Assembly (NCBI RefSeq): GCF_964204645.1
Contig: NC_134034.1
Coordinates: 8,630,962 to 8,694,961, forward strand
Reading direction: 5' to 3'
Length of the DNA stretch: 64,000 nt
DNA from: Tubulanus polymorphus
Lineage: Eukaryota; Animalia; Nemertea
Part shown: one piece after another, positions 11,180 through 24,544 of the stretch
Layout of the letters: each line of letters begins with the position of its first letter
How positions within the stretch are numbered: the first letter of the stretch is position 1
Translations under genes and position numbers: made by a program
The notes under the pieces: model-generated
The model's input: only the letters and a program-made list of their open reading frames with translations
Database searches by the model: none
What the model was told of the DNA's origin: nothing

Positions 11180-14050
11180 CTCTGCTACAAACCTTCGGAT
11201 TTACTAGATGAACGCAGTAGTGATTTTGAATCTATATCACCGAGATCGGAAAAAAAGGCTGACTTAGCGGATTATTTCGAGACCGGTCTGTATCCGGAGA
11301 TCCGGAGATTACAATCGGTGACCCCTTTCTTCTTGTATTGCACATTTGTTCTTGTTATTACTTTGATTGAATTAAAATTGTCCCATTATTATTAACTCTT
11401 TGTCACCTGTTTCATTGTTTGAAATATAACATTTTGTTTCCTTGCACTTATATATAAGTAGATTCGACATGAATACCCTATTAGACAGGTCAAGCTACCT
11501 TGATTCTGGAGCATAAGATTATTAAACTTGTCCAACAATATGACATAGAAATATCAGAAATATGTCAAGTGTCGAGAACAACTGACAACACTTATGAGGT
11601 CAGCTTCATTGATGCTTGAACCATTGTCGGATTTCTTACGGACATCAAATACCAAATAACCTCAATCAAAGGCAACCGCATAAATGTCGAGCTCCAAATA
11701 ACACATCGGACACGAAGCCCTATGTGTGGCTGGCTACACATGTACGGTGCTCCCTTTGAGCAAGACAAGATATTGACAAGAAATTGTCAGAAAAGTACGG
11801 TTTCAAACCCCTTTTGCACAAGAGAGGTTCGCTTAAAGATTATCCGCAGATCTTTTCAGGAGTCCGCCATTTTAAAGGCTATTTAGACAAGCTCATATAC
11901 CGTAACAAGTGCGTGAAAAATCCAGGATTACCGTCAAATATAATGGCCTGATAGTACAACCCCCCTTATGCTGTGTGCCGCGAAAGAGGGCATATAGCCA
12001 AAGACTGCACAAGTCAAGCAGCTGCAGCACCCACTCAAGTGCGAGAGGACGTATCATCATACGCCCGGGCGTGCTTGCACCACTCCAAGAACCGGCCAAA
12101 ATATCGCTCCAGGGACCAAGTATCGAAGAAAACGACGAATTAAAGGAGCTAGACATCACCCCTCCTAATATCCTGCCTGTTGAGTCTACCTGGACGTAGA
12201 TGACAATCTCCAAATGTATGGTCGATCTGCCAATATATCCTCATGTGATACAAGCGCGATATAAATGTATTAATGATGATGAAGCTGAACCTCGTGTGTT
12301 GAGCTATGCTCTCACATCAACTCCTTAAAGGCCCAGGAGAAAACCAGAAGAAAAAGAAACAAATGACGAATAAAAAAGACGTCCACAAAGAGATCCACTT
12401 CATTGACGTTTAAATCATGAATCCGGGACACAAAAGTATTGTAATACCGAGGGTCTCGCAACAAAGATTTTAGATATAGTAAGACAAAGCAAAGAATTCA
12501 AAGACCCAATAGACCAATTATTAACCCCCTGAGAGATCGATCAAATACACTGAAGCAAAACCAACAATCTAATCTTCAATACCCCGTTACTAAACAGCAA
12601 GCTGGAACCATGTTTCTTATCCCGACACAATAGCAAATGAATATCATACAACGTATCAAATTCTAATACCAGGCAGATTATATCATATTAATTAAACTCG
12701 TAAAATTAGTAACAGAAAATTAAGATTAATTGAAATATACAATCCTACTATAAACCTTCAGAAAGCAGCATTTTGTCATACTCTTGAACAAAAAATTTAA
12801 ATTGATAAAATCCCCTCTATTTTTGATGGAGACTTCAACATTATACTAAATCCCATAGACAGCTATAGACACTAGCTATACGCACGTATACGAGAATTCT
12901 TTTCTCAATTTCTGGATAACAATAGGCGAATAGATATATTCAGATACCAAAACCCAAATTAAGCTGTATACACGCGTCTACCTAGAAGAAAATCAGGCCT
13001 TGCCTCTAGCCATCTAGACAGAATTTATACAAATGATCGACGCATACTCGAGACGACTATAAGACATACCCCAATAGCCTTTAGTGACCATCGGGCAGTA
13101 AAAATTGAACTACCTTTCCTCGCCCCAAATACTTTTTCTAATAAGCAATTTAAGATAACAATTCTACACTATGGACATGTAATTCCAGCATGTTAAATAA
13201 TAATAATAATAAATTGAAACAATCAATTAAAGGAACCATACTAAAAACACATGACTGCACGCGACGTCTGGGATAACATGAAAGAACAATTTAAAAAACT
13301 ATCAACAAAATTACCATAGAACAGGCTCAAATATATGAATTAACAGAAAAACGTCTCGAAGAACAACTAACCATGAAATCCCAACAACATAACGACACTC
13401 CAAATGAAGCTTCAGCTTCCGAAATAAACGATAATAAAGAAGAACTCAATACCGTAAATGCCTATGAACATAAAGGAAACGAGATCAAAACTAAATCGGA
13501 CCATAATTTTGAAGATGAGAGCAGCCCCATCTATATTAGAATACGTTCGGACTCAAGAATTCAAAACAGTAACTTTGAAAAATAAAGACAACGCTCCGAC
13601 CAAAAACAATGAAGAAATTAGAAAGATGGCACATAGATACTATCAAGACCTATATACCAAAGAAGATTTGAACGATGCCAAACAAGAGGAAATTATTAAT
13701 TACATAGATATATCACTAACATAAGAAACTGCTGACAGCTTAGAAGATTTATAACCACTGGTGAAATTTTTAAAGCGCTAATCGATATGAAAAAAAATAA
13801 AACACCCGGACGGACTACCTAAAGAATTTTATTTAACATTTTGTGAATACATCGGAGAAGAACTAACTGAACTATATAATAATATCTTCTTTGCTCAATC
13901 CCTCACAGAGTCGCAACAACTAGCCTATATCAAAATTATTCCTAAAACTGGTGATCTGGAACTTTTGGTAAATTGGCGTCCAATTTATCAAATGTGGATC
14001 ATAAAATATTAACACAAATTCTAGCTGCAAGAATGGTAAATATCCAATCC
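11180..14050 (+). mobile_element. Tx1/L1-clade LINE, decayed: 5' UTR, ORF1, endonuclease and start of RT
   Basis: ORF1 zinc-knuckle remnant (PPLC...GHIAKDC). APE motifs GDFN, LDRIY, FSDHRAV. RT-proximal NKTPG, KEFY, NWRPI, NVDHKIL. Many stops and frameshifts. Confidence 0.8.
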
Positions 14051-15317
14051 ATTTATCTTATTCAGTCATAACCAAATAATCATGTATAAATCGGAATATT
14101 ATTTATTTCCATCTTCAATTGGGAGCATGTTATTACAAAATTATAAATAACATTTTATTACATATTCTGATATCGCGTCATTAATTCTAGCTATTCTCGC
14201 AGTTTCATAAATCTTAAATAATTTAATGATTTGATCTGATTTCATTATATCTAAATCATAAGAGTTAAGTTAGATTTACACTAATAAAATTCTTACATTT
14301 TCCAGATGCAAATAATATTTCTTATTGGTGTTTGTAATAAAGACAATATTCAATATTATTATTTGTAGTAATATTAAAAGCCCCATTTAAAGCACCATTA
14401 TCTGGAGTTGATTTTGTTTCTGCTATTCCTGAATCACCCAAAGTTTTTTCAATTGGGTAATCACTGTTTTCAGATTTTATATTCTTTTCACCTCCCATTT
14501 ATATAACGTAACAAAAAAATTAGTGGTGACAACTAAAATTTAACTAGAATGTAATTAAAAATATACTAGATCTAACAAGGTAGCTGAATTATTATAATTG
14601 TTTTTAGAGTGTTGAATTCGTGTTGACCGCTATATCCTCCGAGTGTGAAATGATTCACGGGCAAAGGTCTGCATTAATGTGGCTGTTTTAATGGCAGCTA
14701 AGTGGCGAATGCTTATGAAGTCTATCGATGAAGCCAAAATTGAGTGAATTGGCAATTTTATGCCGTTTTCGGCTGTCGAATTTACAAGTAGCCTTTTAAT
14801 ATATTACTATATTATATATATATACTAATATATTAATATATTATAGGCAACATATTCTATGAAATTCTTCAATAAGAAAACTACAAAAGAGGAAATAAAA
14901 TTGACGAAGATTTTTTTTAACTGTGCGGGAATTGCTTGTCGATGCATGGCGTAGTTTGCAGTATTTACTGAGGCACTGTGATGATGGCGCCCTCGTATTA
15001 GTAACACGTGAAGCTCACCAAAATCAACGAAGCAGTTAATCATTAGATAAAGGATCTAATAAAAAAAAGATGTTTTTGAAAATATTTGAACTAAAATTAA
15101 TTATGCATACGCCCGGGCTTATCTTGACGAAAAAAAAAACGTTTGTATCGATATGCAGATATATTTTAAACAATTCTAATTCGCATTAAAAAACACCACT
15201 TCGCATTAAAAATCACCATGCAGGTCGACCAATATTGTTCGAACACATAAATCATTACTCGCTACGATCCTGCGTGAGAATCATCAGGGCTATCAACTCA
15301 ATAATCATCTACTAATC

Positions 15318-15347
15318 ATGTCTGGCCAAAGCAAGGGCGGTAAATGA
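15318..15347 (+). pseudogene. Possible histone H2A/H4 N-terminal fragment (MSGQSKGGK*)
   Basis: ATGTCTGGCCAAAGCAAGGGCGGTAAA matches MSGRGKGGK at 7 of 9 residues, with two single G>A changes. CCAAT and CATAAAT lie upstream. Confidence 0.4.
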
Positions 15348-15349
15348 AA

Positions 15350-16770
15350 CATAGCATAGTCGCGTCGCTCAGTTGCGTTCGTCGCCTCTACTCGGCGCCC
15401 GCTTCGCCTTACTTTCCAGTTACATAAAGTATCGTGCTCGGAGTGACAAGGTTTTTTTATGTATTTTATCCTGGATTTAATTAATACATTTGGATTTATC
15501 GTACCGGAGCCATACCGCTACAGGTGCCTTTGGATTCAGCTGCACCCGTCATTGACAGGAAAAGGACAAGCAAGCGTAAGCCCTTTCTTGTATTTTTCAT
15601 GCACTTGTTCCTGTAAAAATCAATTAAAAAGACTTGCATTAACCTAACATTTGTAATTATCATTATTTGTTGCATTAACTTTTTGTCTCTTCACTTATCA
15701 CCATCTGAACGACAATGACGATCCTTTTGAATACATCGAGGACTTAGGTGATCGAGAGCACATACTCTCTCTTAGATCGGATAATAACAGGCGTAATACG
15801 TAGACTACGGGCCCAAGATATACACCTTAGCGAGATCACACAAATATCTCGCTTAGGAAAACATATTTATGAAGTGTCACGTCCATTGTAAACGTCAATG
15901 CAGATACCGACATCATGCATAAGGGAATATCAGTGCGTTTTAATCACACAGAAAATGTGACCACAGAAACTGACCAGCTTACTTACCTCCGTATATTATA
16001 CGGGGCGCCATACGAAATGTTGAGAGAGCACATAGAGAACAAACTCTCTACTAAGTACGGCTTCTCGGTCAAATCTTACAAACGCAGTTCCCTTCAAGAA
16101 CACCCACACATCTTGGGGGTACGACATTTTGCTGGTACATTTAAGCAACCGATGTTTCGGATAAAGTACGTCAAGAAAACCCGGCTAACCATAAAGTATG
16201 AAGGCTAAGTAATCCAGCCACCCCCCCCCCTTTTGTTATAATTGCATGAGTCGCGGGCACATAGCTAACGCCCGGGAAACAAACCTGACGAAGCCACTAA
16301 TCAACAAAAAACCTAGACCATTTCATACGCTGATGTGGCTAAGATTCCACTCCCAAATCCGACTCTAGATGAACTTGACCCACCCGAAACTGAAGACTTG
16401 GTCTGTGAAAGACAAACTCAAGATATTAATAATATATATTATCAGGAAATAATAGACCTACTTCAATACGAGGATGACGTCATTGACAACACCTTGGAAG
16501 CCTGTGTCGGGCCGTACCAGGAAAACTTGGACGCCTAGCAGAAAGAGGCAACACGTGACGTCAGATGAAAAAGAAAAAAAGCGGCGAGCAAGCCTCCACA
16601 ATATAGATGCTTAAAATCAAATTATAACAAAAATACACACTTAAGCTCAACAATCAAACAACCCACAGAAGGCTTCGCGACAAAAATCCCCGACATTGTC
16701 ACACAGATAAAAAAATTTAGAAGACAAATAATAATCAAAATAAATCCTAGCGTATCAGATCAACAATAGC
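15350..16770 (+). mobile_element. Tx1/L1-like LINE 5' part (5' UTR, ORF1, start of ORF2), second copy
   Basis: ORF1 LRILYGAPYE...GVRHF...TRLTIKYEG is homologous to the 11.2-kb copy. It shares the 5' UTR TTGCACTTGTTC pyrimidine tract. Confidence 0.7.
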
Positions 16771-17029
16771 CAGGTTCAGATGTTCAAGTCATGATCTGCG
16801 AGTAGAAACCGGACGATGGTCGCGCCCCCTACAAATTTAAGTGCTGAAACCGATGCTGAAAAAATTGTTGAAACATGTTTCAAAAAATGTTTTCATGCAA
16901 TCATCTTTCATGGATATTTCAGCAATCCGTAATTTTAAAGATTGCTGACTGGCTTCAATAATTTGTAACATTTTATGATGGATATAAATATTCATTCATT
17001 CTTTCGCATTTCGTCATTTTTTTCGGACA

Positions 17030-18956
17030 GAGAGGCAGAAAAGAGATTGCAACAAGTCTCAGTAAAGTATATAGGGATAACCTGTCATTGTAAAGAAAAC
17101 TAGAAGTACAGAATCGTCTGGTTAACAAGTAAAAACTGCGTCTTAGTTATTTGAATCGGAAGACTGAATCAAAAAGTCCACGCTCTGAAGCAAATTCATT
17201 ATTGCGTCATATAACAGATAGTCGTGATAAGATCATTGAAGTTGCATTTTTGTGTCAAGAATGAAATGAGAAATCGAATTTTACAAGCCAGATGCCAAAG
17301 CGAGCGCCAAATTGTGGCGAGATTTTCTAAACAGCAGTTATCAGAAAATACAAACTTAGGAAATTCGCGTTATAAAACACACATGTTGGTCGCCGATTCA
17401 TGTACAGAAACTTTGTAAACTCCAGAAAGCATTGCTTTGAAATGACTCAAAGTAAACAGAAATAAGCGGCAGTGACTGACTTTTACTCAAGAGATGATGT
17501 GAGCAGACTAATGACTGGTATAAAAAACACCCTAACCAAGAAGAAAGTAAAAAATCAACACCGAATATTGCTTTATTCACTCCAGAATTTGCATTTAGAA
17601 TACCTTTCAGAGAGTAAGCCGAATGTGTCGTATGCATACTTTAGCAAAAAAACGACCGTTTTGGGTGACAAAACCACGCCCATCTGATTTGACAACTTGT
17701 CTCTGCAAAACTCACGAAAACTTGCAATTCATTGTTAACCTGTATAAAAAAGGTGACGTAAGATGAAATTGTCTGGAAAATTTGTTCGAAGAATTAGTAT
17801 GATTTTGATACAAGACACCAATACAAAGTATATAGAGATATGCTTAACAAGGTTCAAAGTGAGCCAACCGAATGCCTCTTGCATGTCGACTTTAGCGAGA
17901 ATTATTCATGTAAATATAACCGCGAGATCCAGTCTTGTCATTTTGGGGAATCCCACCAACAGGCCACATTACACACATGGATGTTATATGTCTCAAAGGT
18001 AAAGCTATCTATCGTCCAATCCCTGAGTTTAGATTACACGAGCCTTCCTGCTATTTGGGGACATCTGTCCCCTATACTGGATCTCACAAAAATGACTATC
18101 CACGTGTAAAGAATCTACACATATCTTGTGATGGCCCATCAACCCAGTATAAACAAAAAGGTCACTTTTACTTTATGGCCACGAAACCCTTTCCTAAGTT
18201 TGATAAAGTGTTGTGGCATTTTTTCGAATCAAGTCTCAGAAAAGGGGCACCAGATTGGGTAGGGGCCCCATTAAAAGAACCACCATTGGCTTGTTTCAGA
18301 GGGAAATGTCATCCCCGATGCCCAGTCGCTGTATATTAAATTAAAAAGCTGCCAATCAGAAGTCCAGTTATTTTTCAGATATTGACAAACTTGTTTCAGA
18401 GGTTAACCTTGTGCAAGTGAGAACTGTCCGTGAAACAAAAGGTTTCCATCAAGCAATATGCACAAGCAGTTCGCCTATGAAGCTAGGCTCTCGTCTTGTT
18501 AGTTGTATTTGTAAACTGCCTTCTTTGTGTGAATGTTTTAGTCTCAAATACCATGTTCTCAAATTTGGAGGCAATGTGGATGGGAATGATGTCAATGGAA
18601 AAGTCCAAAATCCGTATGAAGTAGGCCTACATGGTTCTGCACCTGCTGGAAAATCTGTTACTACAATTGAAAAATCTAATACTTCTGATGTACCGGTGGG
18701 TCAGCAATCAAGTCCTAATATGACTAGTGAAATGGCTGAGGTTCCATGTGTGAGACCAGGTGAAATAACTTCGGATTTAATAACAAAATGGTGCGTCATT
18801 ACCTATGACAGCATTTTCTATCCAGGGCTCATATTAGATGTCGAAGATAACTATGTAAAGGTTTGTTGCATGCATAAAATTGAGGAAAACAGATTTTCCT
18901 GGCCTTCACCAAGACCAGACATCGAGTGGTATTGTGACGAAGATGTAGTTAAATAA
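17030..18956 (+). mobile_element. Sola2-type DNA transposase relic
   Basis: Motifs HVDFSENY..EIQSCHF, SCDGPSTQYK, WHFFESS..KGAPD, and C-terminal WCVITYD..FYPG..FSWPSPRPD. Broken into several frames; termini not identified. Confidence 0.75.
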
Positions 18957-19169
18957 CACATTTTTGACTTTTGCCTACAGACTCTGAAAGCAATAAACGA
19001 TCACTGAGCCAATCATCTTCTCTCCTTGTGAGCCCTGCGCGCAAAAAGATAATTACGGAAACTTGTGAAGCTAGCTTTGTATAGAAAAATTTCCTCACTT
19101 TCATTTTCATGTGCTGTAAACATGTTTCCGAAACCGATTTTCATACGGTAGGTCAAAATAAAAGGTCTT

Positions 19170-20137
19170 CATTACTTTCATTTAATATTCGCAGAACAAA
19201 CACAAAGTTTTTACTCCTTTGTTAGCTACCTTGATGTTTACGGGACAAATTCTCTGTCATAGGGATCTCCGAAACTTAGGCTCTTGAAAATGACAATAAT
19301 GCTAGCCTCTATAACTTAAGTGGTTATACTCCCTTATTTAACTGTTAACTGTAGGAAAAATGTAATTGGCGGTGGTGTCGCGTTTTATGTAAAAATAGTT
19401 TGAACTTTAAATTCGCCATGACTTGTGCAGTGATTTTAATATTTACGAATCTATATTTATTGAGTTAACAGAAAAAAGTGGTAAAAACAAAATTGTGGGC
19501 GTTATTTATTATATGACTGGTCTTAGTATAAATTCATTTCAAAATGAATTTGAATAGGTGCTGAGAAAAATCAATAATTAAAAATTGTTACATCACTGGT
19601 GATTTAAATATAAATCCACTTATGTCGGATTTGCATCAGCAAACTGGTGATTTTAGCAATACTCTATTAACACATTCTTTCTACCCTCTTATTGACAAGC
19701 CGACTCGCGTTACATCCACATCGGCAACACTGATTGATAACATGTTTTGTAATGATTTGAAAAATGGTCATAATTCAGGTATTTTAGTAACCGATATTTC
19801 AGATCACTTTCCCATTTTTGCTATCGTTAACTCTGAAAGCGAGCCCGTTATTGATGAATCGTAAGTCTAAGAACTATTGTGACCGAAATGTCAATTATTT
19901 CAATAGACTCTACCAGTCAGTTGACTGGTTCGAAATACATAATTCTATAGATGCAAGCGACGCATATAAAATCGTCTTAGACAAATTTTGGATCTAATAT
20001 GACCGAGCGTTTCCTGTACAATATCGACACAAAAAGAGCACACTCAAATCTCATTACAAACCCTGGCTAACTTCCGGAAAAAAAAACTCAAAAAAACTCA
20101 ATAGAGCATAAAAATCAACTTTACAAAGAGTTCTTAA
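19170..20137 (+). mobile_element. CR1-group (Crack/Daphne-like) LINE ORF2 endonuclease region; left part
   Basis: Motifs GGGVAFYV, PTRVTSTSATLIDNMF, TDISDHFPIF, KPWLTSG. Continues after the piggyBac. Confidence 0.8.
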
Positions 20138-23100
20138 CCCTTTGAGGTCTGATGGGACTTTTGAGCACCCCCTTTTTAAGGACTCCTTTGACCCCTGAAA
20201 ATATTTCATCACAACTGTAAATGTCTGTCGGGACTCATGTGTCCCATTAAATGGACCGGAAGTTTTTTTACAGCACCCGTATGAAATTTATTGATTTTCT
20301 GTGTGTGATGTCATCATTCAAAATGGCAGCGCCCATGTTTTAGGGAAACTTCTAGCAGGTGAGTAAAAAGTTCATCAATTACACATCCAAGCGGGACTTA
20401 TAATCAAATTATTATTTTTGTGTTTATTGCCTATATGCCCAAGAACACTTTTAGAGATAGTTGAATTGTATGCACTTACTCTATGTTGTTGAAATCGATG
20501 ATTTATTCCATCGGACTTACAAGTCCCGTCAGGCATTATTGGATTTCTGTACCCGGGACTTCAGAGTCCCACCAGGCGTTATAAGGTACCTATCGAAATT
20601 ATCTTTGACTAAATGATAAAGCTACAACTTTGTGTTGCATTTATTCACTTCTGTGGGTCAAACTGCATATCATATAGACCCAAAGCAAGGCACTCGTGTT
20701 ACCTTCTTGTGTTTTTTTTGTGGTGTATGTTGTAAATAGGGGTGCCGAAGAGGTCAAATGTTCCAATCGTAATTCTTATTACTTTCTATTGATATATTTC
20801 TTAGGTACCGATACCTTGATACAGCATGTCAGCCAAAAAGGTTACAACATCAGAAGTGATGGCACTGATCGATGACCTGCCATCAGATTACGGCTCAACA
20901 ACTGATGAAGAACTTGATGATGATGATTTGTATGGGCCACGTGATGACGACGAGTCATCTGCTGAATCGAGTGTACCTGATGAATCAACAGATGCTGACG
21001 ACGGTGATGAAGATCTTCAAGATGAAACGGATGTTAGTGCGAATTCAAATAGAAATAATAGCGTGAATAACAATATCAAATTCATTGAAAAGATCAAATT
21101 TATCGAACGGTATCTGGAAAAGAACAAAAATTTCAAAGATACACCGGATCAGCTCAAGATCCTGCTGGAGAAGGTTCAGTCTGTTGGCGCTAAGGCTGAT
21201 GGTAAGATTACTACTGCGAGACTGAAGTCCTTAATAGAGACAGCCAAGAGAAAGTGGGACAAGAGAGCCGACTTCTAAATGGCAGAAACAGATTTTGAGA
21301 AGCACGAAGGTAAGGTTTTAGTGCCATTGAATATAAAGATTCAGATATTCAGAGATTCTTAAGCATATCTCTAATAACTTGTCCCGGCTTTCTATCCCTG
21401 AAAGATAAAAGCTAAGATATTATATCATTTGTTTATTTGCAGGTCCAGTAGCAGAACACTTCACCAATGATCGAACAGCTGGGTCTATTTTTCTAAAATT
21501 TGTTGATAGCGACATACTAGAAAACATCATGTACCAAACGAATCTGTACATTGTACAAAAAGAGAAGCGTGTAAGTCCGGTTGCTATTGAAGAACTGCAT
21601 GGATTTATAGGTATGAACATTGTTATGGGATACCATATTCTGCCTGAAATAAGGGACTACTGGAGAAGTGATCCAGATTTAGGTGTACCGTATGTTGCAT
21701 CTGTTATGACAAGAGTACCATTTGAACAAATATTATCTAATCTCCATGTAAATGATAATAGTAAGATTCCAGATGCTTGCACTGATAAGCTATTCAAGCT
21801 GCGACCTCTTATCGATGCTTTGAACAACAATTATGTTAAACTTTATGATGTATCCAAATGTCTCTCAATTGATGAAAGCATGATAAAATTTAAGGGTCGT
21901 CATTCAATCAAACAATATAATGCACAAAAGCCTATAGAGAGAGGTTACAAGCTTTGGATGCGTTCCGACAATGATGGTTATGTGTCTAAGCTTGAAGTTT
22001 ATCAGGGCAAGTTTGGCCAGGAAGCAGGAATTGACGAGGAAATCCCCCTTCAAGGTCTAGGAGAAAAGGTTGTACTGTCACTAACTGATGACATACTAGA
22101 CGAGGGGCACATCATTTTTTTGACAACTATTTCACTATCCCTCTCCTAGAATATATGAAAGAGCAGGGGACTGGCATATGTGGTACCCTTCGAATGAATC
22201 GAAAGGGTTGTCCTATTGACTTCCCTGCTGATAAAACCCTATCAAGGAGTGATTATGATTATAGAATTTCCGATGATGACATAATAGTTTTCAAATGGAA
22301 GGACTCGAAACCTATCCATGTGGCATCTAATTATCATGGAACTGAAATTGGAACTGTACACCGTACCCAGAAAGATGGCTCAAAAAAGAATATCAATATC
22401 CTCAAGCTATTGTAGATTACAATTCTAACATGTGAGGTGTTGATAAAACAGATATGCTTGTAAGTATTCATGGAATGGATAGAAAAGCAAAAAAGTGGTG
22501 GCATAGGATATTCTTCAGCCTACTTGACCGTACACTTGTTAATGCTCAAGTTGTGTATGAAAAATTTTTCAATACAAAGATTTCCTCTCTTGAATACCGG
22601 CGGAAAGTGGCTCAGTACATGATAACCATGGCCAGGCAGCCGAGGGTTGGCCGCCCACCCGCAGTCCTGCCAGTACCCCCAGTAAAAAAACGACGTAAGT
22701 CTAATTTCTCTGAGTCTTCAGATACCCGACTTTGTAATGCGGGGGCCCATTAGCCAAAATTCACCCAAAATCGTGGCCGATGTGAGGTTTGCAGTGTACA
22801 AAAAATTGAGTCTCGTCCATACTCCAAGTGTAGCATTTGCAATGTATTCTTATGTTGCAATCAGAAAAAAGATTGTTTCAATCTTTACCACAATGTGCCA
22901 GAATAGTTTGTGAACGATGTACATGTAGCCTAGTAGGCCTACTATAGTGTTTTTGAGAATGTTTGGCATAAAGTTTGTGCCAAAATAGTTTGTGAACAAT
23001 GTACATGTAGGCTAGTACTAATTAGATAGTGTATTCTTTGTTTATTATTAGAAATAAAGTTCATTTTTTGCAAATTAAAAAGCACCATCTGTTTTCAGTA

Positions 23101-23289
23101 GTATGTGGGACTTATAAGTCCCTCCAAGAACTTCTTCAAAAGTCCTGACGGGACTCACATGTCCCGGATGCTATGTTGCCATGGAAACACACTTTTTTTT
23201 GCGGGGTTCTGCGAGTTTTGCATTGTGTAGTATGTTGATACCAAAAGAAAAATTATTTTCAAATAATGTTTCACCCGGACCTCAAAGGG
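20138..23289 (+). mobile_element. piggyBac DNA transposon, full length but decayed
   Basis: TIRs CCCTTTGAGGTC (from 20138) and GACCTCAAAGGG (to 23289). TTAA on the left, TACA (mutated TSD) on the right. Inserted in the CR1-group LINE. Confidence 0.92.
20826..22906 (+). pseudogene. piggyBac transposase, intron-containing, disrupted
   Basis: Acidic N-terminus, intron 21310-21442, SIDESMIKFKGRH, GYKLW, a frameshifted DNYFT region, KWKDSK, KKWWHRIFF, and a C-terminal Cys-rich domain CEVC...CSICNVFLC...CF..YH. Stops and frameshifts present. Confidence 0.88.
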
Positions 23290-23800
23290 TACAATTCAAA
23301 TGAAAGAAAAGGAGTTTATATTCACTACAAAAATTACTTAACACAATTACTCGCTCAGGGAAGGATTATTACTCGAATAGATTACTAGCTGCCTCAAAAA
23401 ATTCTTTAAAAAACTTGGACCATTATAAATAATATCCTTGGGAAATCTAGAAATGAAAATAAACCACCCGATGTCTTTAAAATTGACGATCACCGGAAAA
23501 GAATCGATAGAAGTCACTTTGCCAGTTCAATAAATATTTCGTCAAGTCGGTCGAGGAAAACCTAGCTGAAAAAATATCAGACCCAGGTGTTGATTTTCAT
23601 AACTCAACCCCCAAACAAGAATTTTTTTCCAACAAAACCTAGAGAAATCCATGATATTGTGAACGAAATTAATGTAAATAAAGGCATTGGAATTGATGAA
23701 ATTAATACGAAAGTGGTAAAAGCTGTTATTAACTTGATTAAAGATCCCCTTTCTTATATCTTTAATCTGAGCCTCTTAAATGGAAATATCCCCACTGACC
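23290..23800 (+). mobile_element. CR1-group LINE right part (EN-RT linker to start of RT)
   Basis: TWTIIN.ILG, then FFPTKPREIHDIV...GIDEINTKVVK...PLSYIFNLSLLNGNIP. Confidence 0.75.
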
Positions 23801-24166
23801 TTGGCCCGGTCATAAAGCTACTTTTCTTCCTCTCTTTCCATTGTTGTTTGTTTAAGATATTGTAAATTTTATTGTTAGTTTCCTTTTTCTCTTGCAGAAA
23901 GGCATCAACCAAGACAATCCATAACCTAGTCTACAAAACCTTCCCAAATAACCGGACGAGAAGTGGATCCAATCCTGCAGTCACAAGTGGAGTGGATTGA
24001 AAAATGAAAAGGGACCATGGCCCGAAGAAGCTAAAGGACTCAAGACATTTTTGGGCACAAAAAAAGGTCACAGGATAGCCATCTTGAGTGGGATCGACCA
24101 AACATTTCCTATGCTGATGGGCGCTTGAGGGATACAAATATATATGAAATATCAAGATCTATATTA

Positions 24167-24540
24167 AGGGCCTTGTGTAATTGTCACCCAGTCCCTATAT
24201 TTGCCCCTTAGTCCCTGAATTAGGCCCTGTGTAGCTGACACACAGTCCCTGGATAAGGCCCTGTGCATCTGACACCCAGTCCCTATATTACCCCGGGGTA
24301 ACTGACACCCAGTCCCTAGGCCCTGTGTAACTGACTCCAAGTCCCTATATTGGCCCCTTTAGCAGTTGACAGACAGTCCCTGAATTAGGCCCTGTGAAGC
24401 TGGCACCCAGTACCTGAATTAGGTCCTGTGTATGAAACCGACACCCCGTCCCTATATTAGCCCTGTGTAGCTGACACCCAGTCCCCAATTTAGGCCTGTG
24501 TAGCTGTCATACAGTCCCTTTATAAGGTCCTGTGTAACTA
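24167..24540. repeat. Minisatellite, unit about 33 bp
   Basis: About 11 diverged copies of GGCCCTGTGTAGCTGACACCCAGTCCCT(G/A)(A/T)ATTA. Confidence 0.9.
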
Positions 24541-24544
24541 TTTA

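Noticed and set aside
24167-24540. CRISPR-like array of about 33-bp repeats
   Set aside because: Units are head-to-tail with no unique spacers, there are no cas genes, and the context is eukaryotic. It is a minisatellite.
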